This document shows positions 13,248-26,360 of a stretch of 64,000 bases of DNA, in pieces; position 1 is the stretch's first letter; the number at the start of each line of letters is the position of its first letter. Source of the stretch: Octopus vulgaris. Lineage: Eukaryota. The stretch covers positions 15,934,001 to 15,998,000 of the forward strand of contig OX597839.1 in the NCBI GenBank assembly GCA_951406725.2. The letters run 5' to 3'. The notes beneath the pieces were generated by a model that had not been told where the DNA came from, searched no databases, and worked only from the letters and a program-made list of their open reading frames with translations. A program made the translations under genes and the position numbers.

Positions 13248-15776
13248 TATATTTATTTATATATATATATAGGGGTGTCCAGAGATGTATATGTGTATAT
13301 ATACATGATTGTATATATATATGAAGTTATGTGAGTGTATCTGGATGTTTATGTGGGCATGTATACATGAATATATATATTTATGGGGAGGCTGTGTATG
13401 TTTCTGAACCAACGAATACTGAAGGTCAAATAATAAAATTTCACATGTGCAGTCTAACATGAGGAACAAAATAAACAGCCAAATACATCCAATACTATTC
13501 ATATCAAGTATGCAGAAACACGTTAAGAGCAAGCAGATTGAAACTGCCATCGTCTACCAATTCAAACAAGGCAGACGGATGTGCTAGCATCGAGGTCGAA
13601 GGTTTTGTAACTATTGGGGACAGTAATTGAATATCACCTGAAGAACTACAATGGGATCCCATTATACAGGTAAACTGTTGCATAATCAAATTTCTGTATG
13701 TATGAAGAACTATTTTGTGTGAAAACATTTGTAGTGATTAAGAAATAACTGTCTAACCGTCCTCCTTCATGTTGACGCTATCTTATTCAAATATATATAT
13801 ATGTGTGTGTCTCTGATTGTCTCCCACCTTTACTCCACAACCAGTGTTGATATGTTTATGTCCCCGTGACTTAGTGGTTCAGCAAGAGACCGAAAGAATA
13901 AGTACCAGGCTTAATAAAAAATAATTCCTGGGGTCAATTTGTTTAACTAAAATCCTTCAAGGCGGTGTCCCAGCATGGCCACAGTCAAATGACTGAAACA
14001 AGTAAAAGAATAAAATCATCTCCACAAAGAGATGAAAGTAGAAGACACATGCCCAATGTGCCATGCAGTGGAACTGAACCTGCAACTATGTGGCTGGGAA
14101 GCAAGCTTCTTAGCACACAGCCATGCCTATATATACACACACACAAATATATATATATATACCTATGCATATGAAATGGTGCAGATATATCTGGGTTATT
14201 AAGAGGTTAGCTTCTCAACTCTGTAGTTTTGGGTTCAGTCCCATTGTGTGGTACGCTGTACAAGTGTCTTTCACTGTAGTCCCAGGATGACCGATGCCTT
14301 GTGAACTTGGTAGACAGAAACTCTACAAAGACCATCAAGTGCAGGTATGAGCAAACATGAATGGTTACATTCTATACTTCAGTACAATTGATAAACTTTG
14401 TTAACAATTCCCTGTTAGTTCTCTGCTCTTGAAGATGTGCAGAATAAAATGTTTCTTACTGGAAAAACAGGTAAGGGTTAGCAACAGGAAGAGCATTCAA
14501 CTGCAATACAATGGCTCAATAGTAAGTATACATCTAACAGACTAAAAACGACAAAAATGAACACACACATATATATAAGGTTAAGGATAAAGATCCTTCC
14601 CAAGTCATACAGACTCACTGGGCCAATTTCCTGGTTTTCATGGGATATACATTTTACTCCCTGGACAGGAATCCAGTCCATCGCAGGAAATACTTATTTT
14701 TGCTAGCTGAGTGGACTGGAGCAATCTGAAAGGAAGTGTTTTGTTCAAGAATACAATGTATCACCCAGTGCAGGAATTGAAACTACAATCTTATGATCAG
14801 GAGTAACACCCCAACCATGAAGTCACATGCTCCACATATATGTACACAAATACACACATATCATCATCATCACCGTTTAACGTCCGTTTTCGGTGCTAGC
14901 ATGGGTTGGACGGTTCGACCGGGGTCTGGGAAGCCAGGAGGCTGCACCAGGCTCCAGTCTGATCTGGCAGTGTTATGTTTTGTTGGAAATGATTTGTTTC
15001 AACCTGTGTCGGTTATTTGTCAAAAATTCCTACCTGCATATATTGATGCCATACTTTTCTGAATTTCCTTTTTAGCACAGCCAACCCATGAATGGTGGAA
15101 CCAACTAATCTTCCAAGAGTCACCTCCCTTCTGTGACGCCCCACCGTATATACACACATATGCCAAAAACTTGCTTCTATACACTTTCTATCTATCAAAT
15201 TCCACTCATAAGGCATTGGTCAACACCAGGGTGAGTAGGAGACATTCATATAAAACTCTGGACAGTGGAACCATAGAACAATGTGGTTGTGAAGCAAATG
15301 CCTTAGCTATGTAGATATAAATGCACGCACACACACATATATCATCATCATCATTTAATGTCCATTTTCCACGTTGGCATGGGTTAGATAGATTCCCTGG
15401 AGCTGGTATGCTGCACCAGGCTCCAGTCTATGCTGGCTTGGTGTCTACAGCTGGATGCCCTTCCTAAAGCCAACCACTCCACAGAGTGTACTGGGTGTCT
15501 TGTACATGTCACCAGCAACGTCTGCCCTTTTCACAAATCCTTAAAAATGTTTTAGCCCGAAGGCCGCGGCCATGCTGGGCACCATATACTCTTTTACTTG
15601 TTTCAGTCATTTGACTGTGGCCATGCTGGAGCACTGCCTTTAGTCGAGCAAATCGACCTCAGGACTTATTCTATTGGTCTCTTTTGCCAAACCGCTAAGT
15701 TACGGGCGACGTAAACACACAAGCATCGGTTGTCAAGCGATGTTGGGGGGACAAACACAGACAGAAAGATATGCAC

Positions 15777-15839
<63 letters not shown>

Positions 15840-17220
15840 CACATACACACACATATATATATATATATTCAAAGGGGTGTGTTAAACATCCAATTCACTG
15901 GTACGTCAGTTGAATACCGTATAAATATTGGTATAAAGATAAATTAAATAGAGAGATATTATTGCCAATCCAATAATTTATTTATATTATATTACATGAT
16001 ATACGTTGATATAGTATAACATAACAATAGTATAACATAAACAATTCATCATCATCATTTAACGTCCGTTTTCCGTGATAGCACAGGTTGGACGGTTCGA
16101 CCGGGGTCTGCACTAGGCTCCAGTCTGATCTGGCAGTGTTTCTACAGCTGGATGCCCTTCCTAACGCCAACCACTCCATGAGTGTAGTGGGTGCTTTTTA
16201 CGTGCCAGGGAAGGCTGGCAGCGGCCACGATCGCTTGGTGCATTTTACGTGCCACCGGCACAGGAGCCAGTCAAGGCAGCGCTGGCATCGGCCACATTCG
16301 AATGGTGCTTTTTATGTGCCACCGGCATTTAAAAAAGAACCATAAAAGGCCAACAAATTGTTTCAACTCATATACATATTCTGATACACATACATATAAG
16401 GGAACTGTTATTGGGTATGTATATCAGAAAATATATATAAGTCGAAACAATTTGTTGGTCTTTTATGGGTTTTTTAAAAAATAATTGTTTATGTTATATA
16501 ATATTATGTTATATTATATCAAAGTGTATCATGTAATATTATAATAATATATAAATTATTGGATTGTCAATAGTATCTCTCTATTTAATTTATCTTTATA
16601 TATATATATGTGTGTGTAGGTATGTTTGTGATCCATGTTCATGGTATTTTTAAGCCACAGTAATGGCAAAATATTGGTATCTACAACTCTTGGATTCATG
16701 CCAAGACAAGTTGTTTTACCTGGTCTATGATATTCAGGTGTTCTTTAACACTCAGCATTGTGAAGGGAGCTTTCTAGATGCTATCCCGCAGCAAATTCAG
16801 TGTATGAACAAAACACATACACTGTGTATGTGCAATCGATAACGTTTATATATTTATATATTTATATATACACACATACTATTTAATTTACAAAGGATTT
16901 AAATGCAAACTACTATATATTGAGCCTTAATGACTGCCCAGTAATACATGGCATATTATACATGCTTGTCTGACTATTGTATTATCAGAGGCATGAAACT
17001 TAATCACTTGCATTTAAATCCTGTGCAATTATCACTTTCACACACACATATACACATGATGGACTTTAGTTTCTGCTTGCTCAATTCCCTCACAAGGCTT
17101 TGGTTGGCCTAAGGCTACAGTAGTAGAAAAAACACTTGCCTACAGTGCCATGCAGTGAGATTGAACCTAATATCATATGTTTGGAAAACAAACTTCTTAC
17201 CCACCCAGCCATGCTTACAC

Positions 17221-17439
17221 TTACTCTTTTACTCTTTTGTTTCAGTCATTTGACTGTGGTCATGCTGGAGCACCACCTTTTAGTCGAGCAAATCGACCCC
17301 AGGACGTTTTCTTTGTAAGCCTAGTACTTATTCTATCGGTCTCCTTTGCCGAACCGCTAAGTAATTGGGGATGTAAACACACCAGCATCGGTTGTCAAGC
17401 GATGTTGGGGGGGACAAACACAGACATAAACATATACAT

Positions 17440-17472
<33 letters not shown>

Positions 17473-17631
17473 AATACATATACGACGGGATTCTTTCAGT
17501 TTCCATCTACCATATCCACTCACAAGGCTTTGGTCGGCCCGAGGCTATAGTAGAAGACACTTGTCCAAGGTGCCATGCAGTGGAACTGAACCTGGAACCC
17601 AGACTACTTACCACATAGCCACTCCTGCGCT
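17221..17631 (-). mobile_element. CORE-type SINE copy
   Basis: Colinear with 12795-13193. Further copies at 32310-32678, 42675-43318, 52987-53403 (-) and 48983-49392, 62414-62780 (+), plus many partials. Confidence 0.85.
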
Positions 17632-18043
17632 TATCAAAATGTGTATTAAATGATATTCATCCCCCATTAGATGAAGTACTTTTTTTGTTGATAATGGAAC
17701 AGTACAACAAACACACACACACACACACAAACATACACATATAAAACCAGGCTCAACAGTGGGGTGATGTATTCAAGATTCAAGAAAAAGAAGACTAAAA
17801 AGAAGAAAAAGAAAGAGGAATTTATATAAAAGAAATAGAGCTATAATTATAAACATTGTTACATTTGTTTTCCTGTGTTGCTGTTTGGTAAAATTCTGCT
17901 ATGGACATGGATTCCAAATTGCATTATTAAAAAAAAAACAAATAACCAAATAGATTATATTTTGTGTGTGTATATGGATGTATGTACGTATGTATGTTGT
18001 ATGAACACACACACTCACTTTCACACACATACAATAACACATT

Positions 18044-18090
<47 letters not shown>

Positions 18091-18105
18091 CATAATACAA
18101 ACACA

Positions 18106-19315
18106 CAGAGGGTGGCCCAAAAAATGTATACGCACTTTATCAGCTGATAATTCAATTTTCATTTATTTTTAGTTTTAACCCATCTGAAATAATGAAAGGA
18201 GCCAAAGTAAGCTTTGAAGAAAGGAAATTTAACCCAAAGTGCTGCTGGAAATTTGGGAATACCATCCAAGTGACTTACTATCACTTGAATTACAGATGAG
18301 TTTGAAGTAGATGGAACTATTCAGAATGTCTTGAAGAAATATTCCAGAACTCTGCAGACATTGACGAGTCCCACACAGCAAGGATACTAGTAACGTACTA
18401 TCAGAGTTCAAGAATATCTGTGTGGCAAGCAAGTTGTAAGATAGGAATTTCAAAATCAAGCGTCCGTCCCATTTTGAAGCATTTGTCACGGGAAAAGTTC
18501 TGTTCCAAGAATAATCCATGATATCTATGAAGATGATCTGAACCAAAGACTGGAATTTTGTGAATGGAAATTGGAAAGATGAGTAGATGTACATTTTCCA
18601 ATAAGGGTTGTTTGGACTGATGAAGCTACACTTAAATTAAATGGCTCAATTAACTACCACAATTGCACCAAGTGGGGATTTGAGGAACCACATATTACGA
18701 AGGAACATCATGTTAATTTACCAGTATGGTATGGTTTATCATCAAAGTGATTAATTGGGTCATTCGAATTTGAAGGTACTGTCACTGGTCCCATTCACTT
18801 GAACTTGCTGCAACAATCTGTCATGCCAAGCATTCAAGGGCATTTTGAAGACGTGCAGTTTTCTTTCTAGCAAGCTGGGGCATCACCCCACACTACTATA
18901 GTAATATAAGGGCCTACCTTGATGTGATTTTGCCAAATAGGGGGAATTGGATGAAGGGGTTCAATAGAAAATCCTCCAAATTCACTGGACTTCACACTAC
19001 AAGACTTTTTGAATGAGGATACTTAGAATATAAAGTGTATGATACAAAACTGGAAACGGTCAACAAACAGAGGTTAGCTATTGAACAAGAACGTGCACTA
19101 ATACTGAATAAAAGATTCCTTGATGTTTGCATTTCCATTGCTTTGTATTGTCAGCAGTGCCTGGACATCAACAGACATCAGTTTAAAAACAAGCATTCAT
19201 AAAAAAGATGAATACTGTCTGCAGATTCTATTGAATTTTGAAAATGAAATATATTTTAACAAATGTTGACTTTCTAATCGTTCAATGCATGTATGCATTT
19301 TTCTGGGGCATCCTG
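18106..19315 (+). mobile_element. Decayed Tc1/mariner transposon (rosa/DD41D-like)
   Basis: Imperfect TIRs CAGAGGGTGGCCCAAAAAATGTATAC / GTATGCATTTTTCTGGGGCATCCTG-TA. Disrupted transposase: [63 protein letters not shown]. Confidence 0.85.
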
Positions 19316-20323
19316 TATACATACATACATACATACAAATATATACATATATATGTATTTGTTTTACAAGATTCTTGATGTGAAATCATGTGTTAAATAT
19401 TGTTATATTTAAAATGGTCATATTTTACCAATCACATACAAACACTATTGGTGCATGTGTCTAATAGACAAAATATGACCATCCCTAAGTATAACAATAT
19501 ATATAAATGCACATAATTTTATATTTGGGCATGCATGTGTGTGTATAAAGTGAAATTTCTGTCAAGTGTTATGTGTGAGTGTGTGTTGTGTACTCCATGT
19601 CCACAGAACAAGAGACCCTACCTAATGAGCTCCCACTCTTCCAGAACACCCATTTTAAGCTATAGTTTTCATAGATACTGTTAAATGGGGCAAGAAGCAG
19701 GAGCACTGCATCATTAACAAGTGTTTCACGAGACGGAGTAAGTGCTGAGTGTTCGCTCCCCCATGGGAATCCCATGAATCTGGACAAAGCAAACAGGCCT
19801 ACACTCCAATATATATCTTTGTTGTCAGCACTGAAATCAGGTCAAGGGTCCCAAGATAGTTTAAGGATTTTTATTAGTTTTTTTTTTTTATTTTTGTAAT
19901 TCAGCGATAGTTGTGTTTGATTGCTGGCCGGGATTGTACCCCAAGTTGCAGGGAGATACTTAAATTACAAATACTCTGCCTTCCTGCCACCCTTCCCTTT
20001 TCCCACCCTGAAGTCCACAGTCACCCATAGTTGTTTTCTTCATCACCAGAAAGTCAAACATCGGAACAGATTCATCACATTGGAATAAGTATCCACAATA
20101 TCTGTGTGCGTGTATGTGTGTGTGTGTTCCTGTGTGAATATGTGTGTGAGCATGCACGCACATTAAATATAATTTATATATATGCATAACCACATGCATA
20201 ACACTTACAATATACACATACACCCATACATACATTCAAACACACACACATATACACACAGGACAAACAAAAGACAAGACCTGTCGAAGGACTTGTAAAC
20301 ATCTTATTTTTACATGCATACAC

Positions 20324-20367
<44 letters not shown>

Positions 20368-20774
20368 TTTTTTTATTATTAATATTTAGTAGAAGTAACA
20401 GAGTGACTCAAGGTGAGAGTTTCGTGTGTTGGCACTTATCAACGCACAAACCTCTATACATACACACACAAATGCACTTACATACATATATGTGTACACA
20501 TGCACAGATATAATTTACACACACACACACACACATGAATATATACTGCATGCACGCACAAACACACACACACTGACTCATACACCTAGCAATTGGTTAC
20601 AGTTTTTTTTTCTTTTACAGTTCTGGTATAAAAACACATTGTTTTTGTTTGCTGTTGCAGTCGGTAAATAAATATATACAAACATGAAGGTGTTGTGTGA
20701 CATGTGCCAGTTTATGTTCAGTTTTGCCATTTACATGTCGCATTTAAAAAAATTTTTTTGTTTTTTTTTATTTT

Positions 20775-22264
20775 TTATACATGTTGCTGGTTAACAAAAT
20801 GTAGATTGAAATCATTCTTGTCCGCACACACTTTGTGACATATGCTACACTCCCATGGATTGTACGCCCCATGCAGTGAATTGTGCAGGAAGTACATGCC
20901 TCGCTCCTGAAAAATAATCCCGCAATGGCTGCACTTGTAAATCTTACCCTGGGACATGTAGTAGGCTAAGGTATCTTCCAGTAAAGGCACGCCGTCGATT
21001 GGGGTCGCGAATTGCGTTGCAACATCCTTTGTCGATTTCCTCGGTGTGATTGCAACAGAGAAACCACCCGACGAGGATGGCTCCAGCTCCTGGGACTTCT
21101 GGATCAGGTTCTGGAGCATGGAGAGCATCTCTGACAGGCTGCTCGTCGAGTCGGCAATGTTGCTGGGTATGAGGTCGCGTGGTGATGGCACAGTGTAACA
21201 CCGATTTGAGACAGGCTGGTCGGGAGTAGCCGGCACTTCTACCACCTGCATCATCTCGTCAATGGTCGTCGACGCAAGAGCCGGATGTGGAGGACTGCTG
21301 CTCCGGTGATTGCTTGTGTTGTCCAGCCTGGATACAGTCAAACGGCATGCAGCCTCCGACGTCACACCACTCGAACTGCCATTGCTGCTGTTGCCATTGT
21401 TACTGTACTGCTTCTGCTGGTTTTCTACAAAACAGCGCTCATTATTTGAGACACTGATACCAACTGGAAATACTGGTTGTGAATCATATGATGGTGAAGG
21501 CTGTTCTTGTTTAATAGTGGCTCCTCCGACAACACTGTCATTGGAAGGCGTCGTGCTGTTACTGCGACTAGCAAGCTGTGAGCAGATATTGTCTATCTTG
21601 CGCATAGATTCCGTCTCAGTGCTCAGCTGCAAGTTGTAAGAGAGGACACTGTCTATGCCTGAACCACCACTGCTGTTATCGTTTGCCGAGCAGGTGGACA
21701 CAATCGACAGACTGCCTGCCGTACTATCTCCACCCGCAAGATCAACCCGGTTTTTGTCTCGTGTATCATAATACTGAGGTGGATGAGCTTCAAAAATGTG
21801 CGCATTCAGTGATGTTTGATTGCTAGCTGCGTAATTACAAATACTGCACTGCAATGCTTCGCCTTGACAGGTGAGCAGGTGGCGCTGCAACTGGACTTCT
21901 TTGTCGAATCGTCTGTTGCACATTCGACAGCAATACGGCTTCCTGTGTATCAGACGATGCTGCACCAGATTGGAGCGAGCAGCAAATTTTTTGTCGCAGA
22001 GGTTGCAAGCATAAGGCTTAATACCAAAGTGAATGTTCTGGTGTTCCAGTAAGATATTCTTATAGCCGAATCGACGGTGACATATGTCACACTGAAATGG
22101 ACGTTCTTTATCATGGGTGAGGCGTACATGTCGAATAAGACCATTTTTATAACCAAAAGCTTTACCACATATAGAACATTTATAATTTTCACCATCTTTT
22201 TCAAATGAAATTTGGCTACCGGCGGCAGTGCTGAGGCTAACAGGTGATGCAACATGATCCACAG
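20775..22264 (-). CDS. Terminal coding exon of a C2H2 zinc-finger transcription factor with Ikaros/Hunchback-type C-terminal finger pair
   Basis: 495-codon open frame. Five N-terminal fingers (CSICGKAF..H..H; CDIC; CNLC; CRMC..HLLTC; CSIC) and C-terminal YKCSHCGIIFQERGMYFLHNSLHGAYNPWECSICHKVCADKNDFNLHFVNQQH. Strong acceptor (pyrimidine tract TTTGCAG, AG at 22266-22265), phase 1, so the GTG 'start' is not the true start. Stop TAA at 20777-20775. Confidence 0.93.
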
Positions 22265-22305
22265 CTGCAAACAGAAAAAAAAAGAAAGAAAAAAAAAATT
22301 ATTAT

Positions 22306-22770
22306 TTAAAATATCTTCAAATTCTTGATTAATCTTTCAAAATTAACCAAGAATAAATTTTTCAAAATTAATTCTTCAATTAATTTTTCAAAATTATTTC
22401 TTGATTAATATTATCTAAAATATTTTCAAATTCCTGATTAATTTTTCAAAATTAACCAAGAATAAATTTTTCAAAATAAATTTTTCAAAATTAATTCTTC
22501 AATTAATTTTTCAAAATTACTTCTTGATTAATATTATCTTCAAATTCCTGATTAATTTTTCAAAATTAACCATGAATAAATTTTTCAAAATTAACCAAGA
22601 ATAAATTTTTCAAAATTAATTCTTCAATTAATTTTTAAAAATTACTTCTTGATTAATATTATCTAAAATATCTTCAAATTCCTGATGAATTTTTCAAAAT
22701 TAACCAAGAATTAATTATTGATTAATATTTTCTAAAATATCTTCAAATACTTGATTAATTTTTCAAAACT
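22306..22770. repeat. AT-rich intronic minisatellite
   Basis: Recurring subunits TTGATTAATTTTTCAAAATTAACCAAGAATAAATTTTTCAAAATTAATTCTTC in a ~100-120 bp higher-order pattern. Confidence 0.9.
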
Positions 22771-22964
22771 CAGTGAAAAGCATTGACAAAGTATTTCAGT
22801 GAAAATACAGTCTAGAAGAATTAAACTTTTCTTGGTTATATTTCTAATGTACTACTTTCTTCTGCTTATGTTTCAATTATTATTAACACATACACACAGG
22901 GGTACATGTGCGTACAGTATTTAATCCAGTTGATCTTTACCGATCAGCATTTAATCCACTCGAG

Positions 22965-23110
22965 CTCTTGCCAATCTATAACTGTGGAGGGAACCTGTGG
23001 AAGAGGTAGACCCAGGAAAACGTGGGACAAGGTGGTGAAATATGATCTTCGGATGTTGAGCCTCACGGAGACAATCACAAGTGACTTTTGGTGATTCGTT
23101 GTGCTTGAGA
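22965..23110 (+). mobile_element. RTE LINE C-terminal fragment
   Basis: CQSITVEGTCGRGRPRKTWDKVVKYDLRML matches 59577-59680. Confidence 0.85.
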
Positions 23111-23679
23111 GTAAAATCCTTGTTGTGGCCGGTGCCCAGTGACACACAGACATGGTGAGCAAAAAAGTTCAATTTGAAATGAAATCTTTGTTCATGAAGT
23201 TGTACAGTAGAAGGGAGTTTGGAGCATTGGATTAATCCTAAGACAGATATGATGGTAGAAATGGCTTCAGAAATTGAAACGGAAAGCCACATATTTGAGG
23301 GAGCCAGGGGTGTTGTGAAAACTATCAAGGAGACGTTCATGGAAGCAGTCTGTCAAGTATTAGACAAGTTTGTGCTGGTGTCACATAAAAGGCACCCAGT
23401 ACAGTCTGCAGAGTGGCTGGCATAAGTGGAAGGGCATTCAGTCGTAGAAACGAAGCAAAAACAGATTGGAGCTTGGTGCAGCTATCCAGCTTACCATTTC
23501 CAGTCAAACTGTCTTACCCATGCCAGCATGGAAAACGAATGTTAGATGATGATGATGATGAAGATGATAATGATGATACCAAATCATCTATGACTGTCTT
23601 TGATACTGTGCAGTAAAACAGTCCATTTTAAAGTGTTCAGAGTTAACCTTAGCACAAAAGAGCCTTGCGTCTCAAAAAC

Positions 23680-24597
23680 GAGCTACATGTTAGTGAAATA
23701 TCAGTGAGTCAAGTGGAAAAGTTTAAGTATCTCTGATCCATATTCGCATGTGATGGGAAGCAGGAGGCTGTCAATCGATGATGGGGAGACAAACACAGAC
23801 ACACAATAATACATACATACACGTGTGTGTGTGTATGTGTATATATACATATATACAATAGGCTTCTTTCAGTTTCTGCCTACCAAATCCACTCACAAGG
23901 CTTTGGTCAGCCCAAGATAATGGTAGAAGACACTTGCCCAAGGTGCCACGCAGTGAGACTGAACCCACAACCATATGGTTGGGAGTCTTTAGCTATGGTC
24001 ATGAAATTGTGGGTAATGAGTGAAGGAGTACAATTGCAAACACAAAGGGTTACTCTGAAAGATTTCTGGAATGATGTCATTTGACAGGCTCCATAGAGTT
24101 TGTCCAGGTTGAGCTGCTACTTCTCTGCCTTAAGTTACAGCTCTGGTACTATGGACTTGATTAGAATGTCACAGGGAAGAATCTGGAATCACCCGTTAGA
24201 TTTTTGAAGCTGGTGGCACGTAAAAAGCACCCACTACACTCACGGAGTGGTTGGCGTTAGGAAGGGCATCCAGCTGTAGAAACACTGCCAGATCAGACTG
24301 GGCCTGGTGCAGCCTCCTGACTCCCAGACCCCAGTCAAACCGTCCAACCCATACTAGCATGGAAAACGGACGTTAAACGATGATGATGATGAAGTTCAAC
24401 CAGCAGGAGACCTAAGGGTAGAGCAAGAATGAGATGGTTGGATAAGATCTTTAGCCTTACTTGGTCACACTTGGGAATCCAACTGGAAAGTGTAATGACA
24501 GTTGATTCCAATGGGATGCTATTGAGGAGGTGCCTGAGGACTCTACCCCCATGACCTTCCCATGAATTGTGGGCAGAAAAAAAAATGGATGGATCGA
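23680..24597 (+). mobile_element. Decayed Rex3/Expander-like RTE LINE, interrupted by a SINE (23771-23983) and an RTE tail (24208-24392)
   Basis: Hand translation: SQVEKFKYL*SIFACDG; YGHE/LWVMSE; RRPKGRARMRWLDKIFSLTWSHLGI...LPP*P. Ends AAAATGGATGGAT. Confidence 0.75.
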
Positions 24598-25039
24598 TTA
24601 AAATCCAGAGAAGAAATTAGTGTGGGCTTCCATTAGCAACAAATATTCCAAAGGAAATATAGATATGAATAAAATATACATATGAATACGCGTCATCTAT
24701 CATTACCGCGTCGCCTTACTAGCACTTGTGCTGGTGGCATGTGAAATATTCGAGCGAGAGCATCGCCAGTGCCGCTGGACTGGCTCCTGTTTAGGTGGCA
24801 TGTAAAAAGCACCATTTGGGCGTGGCCGTTGGCAGTACCACCAAACTGGCCCTCGTGCTGGTGGCACGTAAAAGCACCCACTACACTCTTGGAGTGGTTG
24901 GCGTTAGGAAGGGCATCCAGCTGTAGAAACTGCCAGATCAGATTGGAGTCTGGTTCACCAGACCTCAGTCAAATCGTCCAACCCATGCTAGCATGGAAAG
25001 CGGACGTTAAATGATGATGATGATGATGATACATATGAA

Positions 25040-26360
25040 TAAAAGAAAAATGTTAAAAATTAGGGCTGGGGCTCTTTATCAAGAAAGAGAAAAGAGAGAG
25101 CTCTAAGTACTGCTGTGGTAGTAATGGTGCTAGAAATGAGTTGGTATGGTTTCTGAGTTGAGGAGAGTAAATATGGATAGTGGAACTGAAATGAACATGA
25201 GCAAAAACAATAGTAAAAAGCAGCAAAGTGTTAATCCTCATGACTGTGAGGGAGGGCTGAGTAAGTGAGAGAAAATGCGTACGTATACACTCTGCATGTG
25301 TTGAGGCGGAGGTGATTAGAAGATATTTACCTTATTGTTGATGCCACAGTGAGTAAAAAAGTGCAATTTGAAATTAGATCTTAGTAGAAGGGAGTTTGGA
25401 GCATTGGATTAATCCTAAGACAGATATGATGGCAGAAATGGCCTGAGAAATTGAAATGAAAAGCCACATATTTGAGGAGACCAGGAGTGTTGTGAAAACT
25501 ATCCAGAAGGTGTTCATGGAAGCAGTCTGTCAAGTAGTAGAGTTTCGCCTAAATATATAATGCATCATAAGGTTGACATTTAACACTTTTATTATCGTAT
25601 TTCTACTAAAATACACTGCTTTGTTTCAAATAGTTTAAAAAACAATGAAGAATTTTAGTAAACTGACTTTGTTGTTTTTATGCTGGTGTTTGGACATGAA
25701 ATTTTGATGGAAGGTTTTACTTTAGATCACTTTAAAACAATCGTGGAACCAAGGGTGTTTCTCAGGCAAGTTGGAATCAAAAGGCTTAATGCAGTATATA
25801 ACGTTGATGAAAATGTATGTAAAGTGGTCAGCAACTTGGAACATGGACTAAGGGCCACCTTGAATTGTTGACGTAAATGAAAGGACAGGGGACAGTTGCT
25901 TCAAAGGGATCAGGAATAGACAGATGTTCTAGGTCAGGTCTGACTACCGATGTTAACTAGGGGGGTCAAATAAATTTCAGCTCTGTTTAAAGGAGGAGAG
26001 TGTGGGCTCAGGTAGGATGGAAGTGGTAATTGGGTCATACTGGATAAAGTGGAAGTTGCAGAGAATGGTACTATGGAAGGACCAGATGGGAGATGAGGGG
26101 CTCAAGAAGGCAGATGTGGGGTAGGAGAAATGGTTGATGGCTTAGACTTAATAATTTGTTTTAATTGGCAGGTTGGGACTGGGGGACATACTTTATGCAC
26201 AGACTTCAAAGTCAAAATTTAAGGCTGAGGGATAGCGAAATTATGACAAAAGGATAGCCTATTTGATGTGAGTGAAGCGGGAGGAAGGGAATCTAACTAG
26301 GAGTGGGAGATGATGGGTTAGTAAAGAACAAAAAGGGATAAGTAGGGGTTGCTGAAACAT
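25040..26360 (-). mobile_element. Highly degenerate CR1-like LINE relics
   Basis: Weak translated motifs (FSATSTLSS; LLTTLHTFSS) in purine-skewed sequence. No intact frame. Confidence 0.35.

Noticed and set aside
20775-22264. Assigning the symbol hb or IKZF
   Set aside because: Only the C-terminal finger pair fits. The N-terminal fingers do not, so orthology cannot be claimed without a search.
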